Positions 1 through 7,091 of a stretch of 23,499 nucleotides of DNA are shown piece after piece. This stretch comes from Armatimonadota bacterium (GTDB lineage: Bacteria; Sysuimicrobiota; Sysuimicrobiia; Sysuimicrobiales; Humicultoraceae): the NCBI GenBank assembly GCA_037446215.1, contig JBBIJB010000034.1, positions 1 to 23,499 of the forward strand. Direction: 5' to 3'. Positions within the stretch are counted from its first letter, which is position 1. Each line of letters opens with the position of its first letter. The notes below the pieces were generated by a model. It did not search any database. It was given only the letters and a program-made list of their open reading frames with translations, and was not told the origin of the DNA. The position numbers and the translations under genes were made by a program.

Positions 1-488
1 AACGCCACCGTGCCCTTCAGGCGGTGGCGTCCCCTGCCGAGCGAGCGGGCGCGGGCGAGCGAGGAGAAGCGTGCGACGTCGACGCCGTTGCTGACCACCG
101 CGATAGGGGCGGTGACCTCGTGGCGCCGCAGGACACCCTCAGTGTAGGCCGTGGGAGTTATCACCAGATCTGCCTTGTTGTAGTAGCGGGTCAAGAGCCT
201 CCCCAGATACGGGGCGACCACGTCGCTCATAAGGAAGGAGTTCGCGAAGTCCTCCTCGGTCGTGTGGCCGTGGATCACCACCGGGCGTTGGCCGCTGTAT
301 TTCTCGGCCAGGTAGAACGATGCCGGCCCTATCGTCTCGAGGTGCAATACGTCGAAGGAGTCGGAGGGGTCGCTGGTAACCTCGACCCCCGCGGTCCGAA
401 GAGCACGGAGATGGTTCTCGTATGCCTGGCGGATCCCGCTGCTCCAGGAGGAGTCCTGGCCGTGCTCGAGATAGAGGCAGATCCTCAC
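1..488 (-). CDS. GT4 family glycosyltransferase, BgsA/DGlcDAG-synthase-like glycolipid glycosyltransferase (5' part only; runs off the left edge)
   Basis: Not in the ORF track. Manual minus-strand translation from GTG at 488 is open to the window edge: MRICLYLEHGQDSSWSSGIRQAYENHLRAL...DVLHLETIG...VIHGHTTEEDFANSF...YYNKADLVITPTAYT...IAVVSNGVDVARF. HxHxTEEDFxNSF, ADxxITPT and SNGxD match, from recall, the N-terminal domain of diglucosyl-diacylglycerol synthases. Confidence 0.85.
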   Translation of the reverse strand, partial: MRICLYLEHGQDSSWSSGIRQAYENHLRALRTAGVEVTSDPSDSFDVLHLETIGPASFYLAEKYSGQRPVVIHGHTTEEDFANSFLMSDVVAPYLGRLLTRYYNKADLVITPTAYTEGVLRRHEVTAPIAVVSNGVDVARFSSLARARSLGRGRHRLKGTVA

Positions 489-525
489 AGGGGCCCCCAA
501 GAAGGCAACCGCGCGATCACCTCTG

Positions 526-554
526 ACTTCGGCACCCCGACAACCGTTCCTGCA
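526..554 (-). promoter_or_regulatory. Putative alternative-sigma (sigma-H-like) promoter for the glycosyltransferase
   Basis: Minus strand reads TGCAGGAACG...GCCGAAGT, with 17 nt between AGGA and GAA. A near-identical motif lies upstream of yicC. Confidence 0.5.
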
Positions 555-586
555 GGTACCGAAGGCGCTTCGCGCTGCGGATCCTA

Positions 587-616
587 TGGACGGGGCGGAT
601 CGCGCCGTGATAGACT
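587..616 (+). promoter_or_regulatory. Putative sigma-70/A promoter of the ileS leader
   Basis: TGGACG (587-592), 18-nt spacer, TAGACT (611-616) with an extended -10 TG at 608-609, about 12 nt before T-box stem I. Confidence 0.5.
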
Positions 617-627
617 ACCGCCACGTC

Positions 628-870
628 GGCGATGACGGGGACGGGTGGAGCCGGGCGCGCGAGCGAGCCGGGGCAGTGGTGTGAGCCCGGCCGCGCAGGC
701 AGCCGATCCTATCACCCCAGAGCCGCGGCCCGAACCGGGTCTTCCGCTAGGCGCCGCCGGGACCTCACCCGATAGCATGAGGCGAAGGTGCCGCCGGGGG
801 CGTCCGCTGTCTCCGTCGGAATCAGGGTGGTACCGCGGGTGCATCCCGTCCCAGAGGGGCGGGATGTCGT
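628..870 (+). ncRNA. T-box riboswitch (Ile specifier) upstream of ileS
   Basis: Stem I base GGCGATGA (628-635) with AGAGCC (719-724); AG bulge AGCGA (662-666); distal-loop GGTG (678-681); specifier ATC = Ile at 711-713; T-box AATCAGGGTGGTACCGCG (820-837), whose UGGU complements tRNA ACCA; competing hairpin CATCCCGTCCC-AGA-GGGGCGGGATG (842-866). Confidence 0.92.
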
Positions 871-895
871 CATTGATGGAGAAGGGATGGAGTAG

Positions 896-3800
896 ATGCC
901 TCGATTCGACCCTGTGCCCAACAAGGTAGAGTTCCCGGCCCTCGAGAGGGAGATCCTGGGGTGGTGGCGGGAACGCGGGATCATGGAGCGCTACCTCCAC
1001 CGCAACGATGGCTCAGTGCGACGCTTCTCGTTTCTCGACGGGCCGATTACCGCCAACGGTCCGATGGGGGTCCACCACGCGTGGGGCCGCACCTACAAGG
1101 ACCTGTTCCAGCGCTACAACACCATGCGCGGGTTTGCGCAGCGCTACCAGAACGGCTTCGACGGCCAGGGCCTCTGGGTCGAGGTCAGCGTCGAGCGCGA
1201 GTTGGGCTTCCGCTCCAAGCGCGACATCGAGGCCTACGGGATCGGTCCCTTCGTTGACAGGTGCAAGGCGAGGGTGATGCGCTTCGCAGACCTGATCACC
1301 GAGCAGTCGCTTCGCCTCGGGTACTGGACGGATTGGGACAACTCCTACCACACGCTGTCGGACGACAACAACTACATGATCTGGCACTTCCTCAAGCGCT
1401 GCTGGGAGCGGGGGATGATCTACAAGGGGCACGACGTGATGCCGTGGTGCCCCAGGTGCAGCACCGGCATCTCTGAGCACGAGATCGTCACGGAAGGCTA
1501 CAGGGAGCTCGTCCACACAGGGTTGACCGTGCGCCTTCCCTTGACCGACGAGCCGGGGCGTTCCCTGCTCGTTTGGACGACCACGCCCTGGACGCTGACC
1601 AGCAACGTCGCGGCGGCGGTGCACCCGGAGCTCACCTACGTTCGGGTGCGGCAGGGGGCGGAGGAGTTGTACCTCTGCGAGAGCGCGCTTGGGATACTGG
1701 AGGGACGCTGCGAGGTCGTGGAGGCGATGCCTGGCAGCGCACTCGTTGGAAGGCGATACCGCGGGCCCTTCGATGACCTCCCGGCCCAGCAAGGTGTCGA
1801 GCACCGGGTCATCGCCTGGAGCGAGGTGAGCGCAGAGGAGGGGACCGGGATCGTTCACATCGCGCCCGGGTGCGGCGCAGAGGACTTCGATCTGGGTCGA
1901 GACCTGGGGCTCGCGGTCCTCGCCCCGATCGACGAGTACGGGATCTTCGCGGGGGGATACGGCTGGCTCGAGGGGGAGTCGGTCTACGATGTGGCCGCGC
2001 CCATTGAGGCGCGGCTGGGGGAGAGCGGGGCCCTCTACCGCAGCTCTCCCCACACCCACCGGTACCCGGTGTGCTGGCGCTGCGAGAGCGAGCTGGTCTT
2101 CCGCCTCGTCGACGAGTGGTTCATCGCCATGGATCCCGTCCGCGAGGACCTGATGGAGGTGACCCGCAAGATCCGGTGGATACCCTCCTTCGGTCTCGAC
2201 AGGGAGCTCGATTGGCTCCGCAACATGCACGACTGGATGATAAGCAAGAAGCGCTACTACGGCCTGGCGCTTCCAATCTACGAGTGCGCCGCCTGCGGCA
2301 GGTTCGAGGTGATCGGGTCACACGAGGAGCTGCGAAGCAGGGCGGTGGAGGGGTGGGAGGAGTTCGAAGGACGTTCCCCTCACAGGCCCTGGGTAGACGC
2401 CGTCAAGATCGCCTGCTCCTCGTGCGGGGCCCTGGTGTCGCGGATCGCCGACGTAGGCAACCCCTGGCTGGACGCAGGCATCGTCCCGTTCTCGACGCTG
2501 GTTGACCCGGCCTCGGGGGAGGTGTCGTACACCGGCGATCAGCGCTACTGGCGGGAGTGGTTCCCTGCGCACTTCATCACGGAGGCGTTTCCGGGGCAGT
2601 ACCGCAACTGGTTCTACTCGCTGCTGGTGATGAGCACCGTGCTCGAGCGCCTGCCGCCGTTCCTCGTCTGCCTCGGACACGCGATGGTGCGCGGAGAGGA
2701 CGGCCGCGAGATGCACAAGTCGTGGGGCAACGCGATCGCCTTCGAGGAGGCGGCAGACCGCATCGGGGCGGACGTCGCTCGCTGGCTGTTCGCCACGCAC
2801 AACCCGGCCGTGAACATCAACTTCGGTTACGGCCCTGCGGACGAGGTCCGGCGCCGGTTCGTCCTGCCGTGGTGGAACGTCTACTCCTTCTTCGTCACCT
2901 ACGCCTCCCTGGAGAAGCTGGAGTTCGGTGAGCTCGTCGCCTCGCCGCCGCCGCTGCGGCTGCTGGACAGGTGGATCGTCTCGCGCCTGACAAGGCTGGT
3001 GCGGCAGGTGGGTGAGCGCCTTGACGACTTCGACCCGGCGGCCGCAGGCAGGGCCGCCGAGGCCTTCGTGGAGGAGCTTTCCACCTGGTATGTCCGTCGC
3101 AGCCGAAGGCGCTTCTGGAAGAGCGAGGACGACTCGGACAAGAGGGCGGCCTACTACACGCTCTATACCGTGCTGCGGACGCTTTCACAGGCCCTGGCGC
3201 CCTTCATGCCCTACCTGACGGAGTCGATCTACCAGAACCTTGTGCGCAGGGTAGAGCCGGGCACGCCCGAGAGCGTTCACCTCTGCGACTTCCCCGTCGC
3301 GGAGGAGCAGGCCTTCGATCCCGAGCTCGAGGAGGCGATGGCCGCGGTCAGAGACCTCACCGGGCTCGGGCGGGCGGCTCGCAGCGCGGCGCGGATCCGC
3401 GTGCGGCAGCCACTGCCGGCGGTGCTGATCGCGTCCAAGGATCGGGCGCTGCAGGCGATGCCCGAGCTAGTGGATCTGCTGGCCGAGGAGCTGAACGTCA
3501 AGGAGGTGCGGTTCGTAGATGACGCCTCCTCCTACGTGACCTACGAGGCGAGGCCCAGGTTCGATAGGCTGGGACCCAAGTACGGGGGCAGGGTTCAGGC
3601 GGTGGCCGCTGCGATCCGGGCGCTCGACCCCGGGCAGGTAGCCTCCCAGGTGGAGTCGGGCCGGGGCCCTGTCGTGCAGGTCGGCGGCGAGGCCCTCGAG
3701 ATCGAACCCGACGAGATCGAGATCCGGCTGCGAACCGCGCCGGGGTACGCGGCCGAGAGCGCCGGCGGGAGGGTGCTCCTGCTGGAGACGACCCTGGACC

Positions 3801-4087
3801 GGGCGCTCTCGCTCGAGGGACAGGCGAGGGAGCTAGTCCACCACATCCAGCAGATGCGCAAGGATGCGGGGTTCGAGGTGAGCGACCGCATCACCCTCTT
3901 CATCGACTGGGACGCCGGGATCGACGATCTCCTCGCGTCCCACCAGGCCTACGTCCTTGCCGAGACGCTGGCGACCTCGATCGTTCCGGACGCCTCTGCC
4001 GCCCCGAGCGCGAAGGAGGTCCGCCTGGACGAGCTGACCGCAAGGGTCGGAGTAGCCCGGGCACCACAGGAGGAAGAGCGCGGCTGA
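896..4087 (+). CDS. ileS: Isoleucine--tRNA ligase, type 2 (IleRS2)
   Basis: 1063 aa. DGPITANG then the HIGH-equivalent GVHH; editing-domain WTTTPWTL and GTGIVHIAPG; DWMISKKRYYG; KMSKS-equivalent EMHKS; WYVRRSRRRFW; type-2 C-terminus (EELNVKEV, ARELVHHIQQMRKDAGFEVSDRI). The upstream T-box has an Ile specifier. Confidence 0.97.
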   Translation: MPRFDPVPNKVEFPALEREILGWWRERGIMERYLHRNDGSVRRFSFLDGPITANGPMGVHHAWGRTYKDLFQRYNTMRGFAQRYQNGFDGQGLWVEVSVERELGFRSKRDIEAYGIGPFVDRCKARVMRFADLITEQSLRLGYWTDWDNSYHTLSDDNNYMIWHFLKRCWERGMIYKGHDVMPWCPRCSTGISEHEIVTEGYRELVHTGLTVRLPLTDEPGRSLLVWTTTPWTLTSNVAAAVHPELTYVRVRQGAEELYLCESALGILEGRCEVVEAMPGSALVGRRYRGPFDDLPAQQGVEHRVIAWSEVSAEEGTGIVHIAPGCGAEDFDLGRDLGLAVLAPIDEYGIFAGGYGWLEGESVYDVAAPIEARLGESGALYRSSPHTHRYPVCWRCESELVFRLVDEWFIAMDPVREDLMEVTRKIRWIPSFGLDRELDWLRNMHDWMISKKRYYGLALPIYECAACGRFEVIGSHEELRSRAVEGWEEFEGRSPHRPWVDAVKIACSSCGALVSRIADVGNPWLDAGIVPFSTLVDPASGEVSYTGDQRYWREWFPAHFITEAFPGQYRNWFYSLLVMSTVLERLPPFLVCLGHAMVRGEDGREMHKSWGNAIAFEEAADRIGADVARWLFATHNPAVNINFGYGPADEVRRRFVLPWWNVYSFFVTYASLEKLEFGELVASPPPLRLLDRWIVSRLTRLVRQVGERLDDFDPAAAGRAAEAFVEELSTWYVRRSRRRFWKSEDDSDKRAAYYTLYTVLRTLSQALAPFMPYLTESIYQNLVRRVEPGTPESVHLCDFPVAEEQAFDPELEEAMAAVRDLTGLGRAARSAARIRVRQPLPAVLIASKDRALQAMPELVDLLAEELNVKEVRFVDDASSYVTYEARPRFDRLGPKYGGRVQAVAAAIRALDPGQVASQVESGRGPVVQVGGEALEIEPDEIEIRLRTAPGYAAESAGGRVLLLETTLDRALSLEGQARELVHHIQQMRKDAGFEVSDRITLFIDWDAGIDDLLASHQAYVLAETLATSIVPDASAAPSAKEVRLDELTARVGVARAPQEEERG

Positions 4088-4131
4088 CGCAGAATCTACT
4101 CGCCTGCGTTTGAGTTCCGGCACCGGTGCTC

Positions 4132-4160
4132 TTGCCAGCGCGGGCCGTGTTGAGTAAGAT
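4132..4160 (+). promoter_or_regulatory. Putative sigma-70/A promoter for the dksA-like/lspA/lgt/rluD/pyrR unit
   Basis: TTGCCA (4132-4137), 17-nt spacer, TAAGAT (4155-4160). A purine-rich SD GGGGAGGG precedes ATG 4204. Confidence 0.65.
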
Positions 4161-4203
4161 ACGACCTGGCTTTTTGCCCTGACCTAGCAGGGGGAGGGAA
4201 AAG

Positions 4204-4815
4204 ATGTCGGCCAAGTCGACCGGCCGGACGCGGGTGAAGGCGGCAAAGACAACCAAGGCGAAGCGCCGCGCGGCGCCACCCGGCCGAAGCGGAGCTACCT
4301 CCGGCAAGAGTGCGCGCAAGGCATCCGGGACCGCGGGCAAGCGGGCCGCCAGGCGTACCGCATCCAAGCCCGCCGCGAAGCGGGCCCCGGCCAAAGCGGG
4401 CAAGCCCTCTCCGGCGAAGCCCAGGCGAATCAGCAGGCGGCACTTCGAGGAGTTCCGCAAGCTCCTCGAGGCGGAGCACAACCGCCTTACCGCGGAGCTC
4501 GAAGTCATAAGCCAGCGGTTGCCGCAGGTAGAGCAGCTCGGAGTGGATGTCACGGGCGGCTTCGATGAGGACATCGCGGACGTTGCCAGCGACACCTTTG
4601 AGCGGGAGAAGGTCATAGCGATCGAGCAGAGCGTTCAGGAGCTCCGCGACCAGGTCAAGGAGGCCCTCGACAGCATCGGGGAGGGCTCCTACGGCACCTG
4701 TGACGCCTGCGGCCAGCCCATCAGCCTGGAGCGGCTGCGCGCTATTCCCTACGCCAGGCTGTGCATCTCATGCAAGGCCCGCGAAGAGCGGGAGAACATG
4801 GCGAACCAGCGATAG
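4204..4815 (+). CDS. TraR/DksA family C4 zinc-finger protein (YlyA/YteA-like) with a Lys/Ala-rich N-terminal tail
   Basis: Coiled coil with DxxDxA tip (EDIADVASDTFEREK); zinc finger YGTCDACG...RLRAIPYARLCISC; lies between ileS and lspA, like B. subtilis ylyA. Confidence 0.9.
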   Translation: MSAKSTGRTRVKAAKTTKAKRRAAPPGRSGATSGKSARKASGTAGKRAARRTASKPAAKRAPAKAGKPSPAKPRRISRRHFEEFRKLLEAEHNRLTAELEVISQRLPQVEQLGVDVTGGFDEDIADVASDTFEREKVIAIEQSVQELRDQVKEALDSIGEGSYGTCDACGQPISLERLRAIPYARLCISCKAREERENMANQR

Positions 4816-4859
4816 CTCGCAGGCCTTCCCCCGACGTTCGGACCAAAGGCCGCTTCCCG

Positions 4860-5312
4860 ATGCCAGCGGCGCTTGGAGCCCTGGCGGTGGCCGCCGCCGA
4901 TCAAGGCATCAAGGCGGTCGTCGCGGCGTTGCTTCCGCCGTCGAGCAGCGTTGCCCTGATCCCAGGCGTGCTGAGCCTGACGCATGTTCATAACACCGGG
5001 GTCGCGTTCGGGCTGCTGGGTGGGGTCTCGCCTGTTGCCACGTCGCTCGCCGCCTTGACCCTCCTGTTCCTGCTTATCTACAATAGGGGCCGCTGGCACG
5101 AGTCCCGGGCGGGCGCGGCTGGCGTCGCGCTTGTGGCAGGTGGAGCGGTAGGCAACCTGCTCGACCGGATGAGGCTCGGGCACGTGGTTGACTACATCGA
5201 TGTGCACGTCTGGCCCGTGTTCAACCTGGCTGATGCGGCCATCGTGATCGGCGCGGCCGTCCTCCTCGTCGCGCACGCTCGGGAGGACCGTTCAGGCCGC
5301 CCTCGGAGGTGA
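4860..5312 (+). CDS. lspA: Lipoprotein signal peptidase (signal peptidase II)
   Basis: DQxxK, NTGVAFG, GGAVGNLLDR, VVDYI and VFNLAD motifs with catalytic aspartates present. Start moved from 4761 (which overlaps the dksA-like gene) to ATG 4860; exact start uncertain. Confidence 0.93.
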   Translation: MPAALGALAVAAADQGIKAVVAALLPPSSSVALIPGVLSLTHVHNTGVAFGLLGGVSPVATSLAALTLLFLLIYNRGRWHESRAGAAGVALVAGGAVGNLLDRMRLGHVVDYIDVHVWPVFNLADAAIVIGAAVLLVAHAREDRSGRPRR

Positions 5313-5316
5313 GTTG

Positions 5317-6084
5317 GTGAGGCCTGTTCTCTATGATCTCTGGGGAGTCCCGATATCGGCCTTCGGTGTGTTTCTGCTGTTGGCCTTCTTCGCCGCGATC
5401 TCGGTGGCACGCCGCTCGGCGCGCCAGAGGCTTGGAGCCGACCCCAACTGGGTGCTCGATCTCTCCCTCTACGCCATCATCGCCGGGATCGTCGGCGGGC
5501 GGATCGGCTACATCCTCGTCAACATCGGTCAGTTCTCGAAGACGCCTGTCAGCGTACTCACGATCTGGCGGGACGGCGGCCTGGTCTTCTACGGGGCGGT
5601 CGCCGCGGCGCTGCTTCTCGTTCGTGCCTCCGCCAGGAGGAAGCAGGTCTCCTTCGGCGCGCTCGTCGACGCGTTTGCCGCTCCGATGGTCCTCGGGTTC
5701 GGCATAGCCATGATCGGCGCCCTGCTTCACGGCCTCCTGGTGGGCAAGGCGACCGGAGTCCCATGGGCGGTCGAGATGTTTCTTGATCGACGCCACCCCA
5801 CGCAGCTCTACCTGCTGGCGGCATCCGTGGCCACGCTGATCGTGCTCCGGGCGCAGCGGGACCGGCGCCTGGCAGACGGCACCCTCTTCTCGCTCGCCCT
5901 CTTGATGCTCTCCGTGGGCAGGTTCGTGGTTGACTTCTTCGTCGAGGCCCCGCAGGTCGCCGGCTTCGTGACCGCGGGCCAACTGGCCAGCGGAGCCGTT
6001 GCCGTCGTGACCCTGCTGACGCTCCTCGTGTTGTCGCGCGGCACGCCGCCCGAGGAGGAGCCCGCGGCCGAGGCGTCGGGCTGA
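5317..6084 (+). CDS. lgt: Prolipoprotein diacylglyceryl transferase (Lgt) family membrane protein with a divergent active site
   Basis: Multiple TM segments; GIVGGRIGY, IWRDGGLVFYG, PWAV and RHPTQLY motifs; adjacent to lspA; SD GGAGGTG at 5305-5311 (start GTG 5317 or TTG 5314). The family call is secure, but activity is doubtful. Confidence 0.82.
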   Translation: MRPVLYDLWGVPISAFGVFLLLAFFAAISVARRSARQRLGADPNWVLDLSLYAIIAGIVGGRIGYILVNIGQFSKTPVSVLTIWRDGGLVFYGAVAAALLLVRASARRKQVSFGALVDAFAAPMVLGFGIAMIGALLHGLLVGKATGVPWAVEMFLDRRHPTQLYLLAASVATLIVLRAQRDRRLADGTLFSLALLMLSVGRFVVDFFVEAPQVAGFVTAGQLASGAVAVVTLLTLLVLSRGTPPEEEPAAEASG

Positions 6085-7091
6085 GCCGCTCCGGGCCGGA
6101 AGACCGGCCGACCCACCGATGTAGGTTCGCCATCGGGGCGCAGGCGCAGGGCCGGCGCCTCGATGTCTTTCTTACGGGGGAGTTGGAAGGTCTCTCGCGA
6201 GCGAGGGTCCAGGCCCTGATCGACGCGGGTGCCGTGGCGGTGCGGCGCCCAGCCGCCAAGGTGCTGGCGCCCTCGGCGGTCCGTTCCTCGCTGCGGCTCC
6301 GGAAGGGCGACGTCGTGGAGGTGGAGGTACTTCCCCCCGAGCCCTCGGCGCTGTCGCCCGAGGCCGCCCCGCTGGAGATTGTCTTCGAAGACCCTCACCT
6401 CCTCGTGGTCAACAAGCCCGCCGGTCTGACGGTTCACCCGGGGGCAGGGAGGCGCAGCGGTACGCTGGTCCACGCCCTTCTCCACCACTGCCCGGGCCTG
6501 CCAGGCGTTGGGGAAGAGCACAGGCCGGGCATCGTGCACCGTCTGGACAAGGACACGTCGGGGTTGATCGTGGTGGCGAAGAGCGAGGAGGCCCTCGCCG
6601 GGCTGGCAGCGCAGATCCGATCGCGGCGGGCGCACAGGGAGTACATCGCGCTGGTGCACGGCAGGGTCGCACGCGACCGCGGCGCGGTAGAGGCGCCCAT
6701 CGGCCGCGATCCCCGGCGCCGCACCCGCATGGCCATCGTGGCGTCGGGCAGGAGGGCGGTGACGCACTACCGTGTCGTGGAGAGGTTCCCCGGTGCCTCG
6801 ATGCTGGAACTCAAACTTGAGACCGGCCGGACGCACCAGATCCGGGTGCACTGCGCCCACATGGGGCACCCCATCATCGGAGACCCCGTCTACGGGAGGC
6901 GGGCCGAGGCGTGGGGCATGTCCAGGCAGGCCCTGCACGCCTCGCGCCTCTCCTTCACGCACCCAATCCACGGCACCCGGCTGTCTTTGAGTGCGCCACT
7001 GCCCGCGGACATCGCGGCGGTGCTCTCATCCTTGACGAGAACGAAGGGAGACAGGGGTACCGATGGCGTCGTGGGGGGAGGGCGGTCGTGA
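6081..7091 (+). CDS. rluD: RluA/RluD family 23S rRNA pseudouridine synthase
   Basis: S4 domain (GRRLDVFL...LSRARVQALI), VNKPAGLTVHPG, catalytic GIVHRLDKDTSG, ETGRTHQIRVH, PIIGDPVYG, QALHA. Start inferred at CTG 6081; the ORF track gives TTG 6183, which lies inside the S4 motif. Confidence 0.92.
   Translation: MSRSGPEDRPTHRCRFAIGAQAQGRRLDVFLTGELEGLSRARVQALIDAGAVAVRRPAAKVLAPSAVRSSLRLRKGDVVEVEVLPPEPSALSPEAAPLEIVFEDPHLLVVNKPAGLTVHPGAGRRSGTLVHALLHHCPGLPGVGEEHRPGIVHRLDKDTSGLIVVAKSEEALAGLAAQIRSRRAHREYIALVHGRVARDRGAVEAPIGRDPRRRTRMAIVASGRRAVTHYRVVERFPGASMLELKLETGRTHQIRVHCAHMGHPIIGDPVYGRRAEAWGMSRQALHASRLSFTHPIHGTRLSLSAPLPADIAAVLSSLTRTKGDRGTDGVVGGGRS

Noticed and set aside
2..30. 9-bp inverted repeat ACGCCACCG/CGGTGGCGT
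   Set aside because: Inside the glycosyltransferase CDS, single copy, no U-tract or transposase; plausible by chance at this GC content.
24..635. 203-aa plus-strand ORF
   Set aside because: Antisense shadow of the minus-strand glycosyltransferase; no recognisable motifs.
584..1000. Short ORFs on both strands over the ileS leader (584-1000, 645-929, 712-984), including a possible leader peptide
   Set aside because: They overlap the T-box RNA, which explains the region; no Ile-codon run suggesting peptide attenuation.
4087..4111. Hairpin ACGCAG...CTGCGT-TT after ileS as a terminator
   Set aside because: Only a 6-bp stem with an 11-nt loop and a short U run; too weak to call.
4761..4859. Extended N-termini from the ORF track for lspA (4761), pyrR (6911) and prkC (18179)
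   Set aside because: The extensions overlap upstream genes and lack family similarity; downstream starts fit the family N-termini or stop-start overlaps better.
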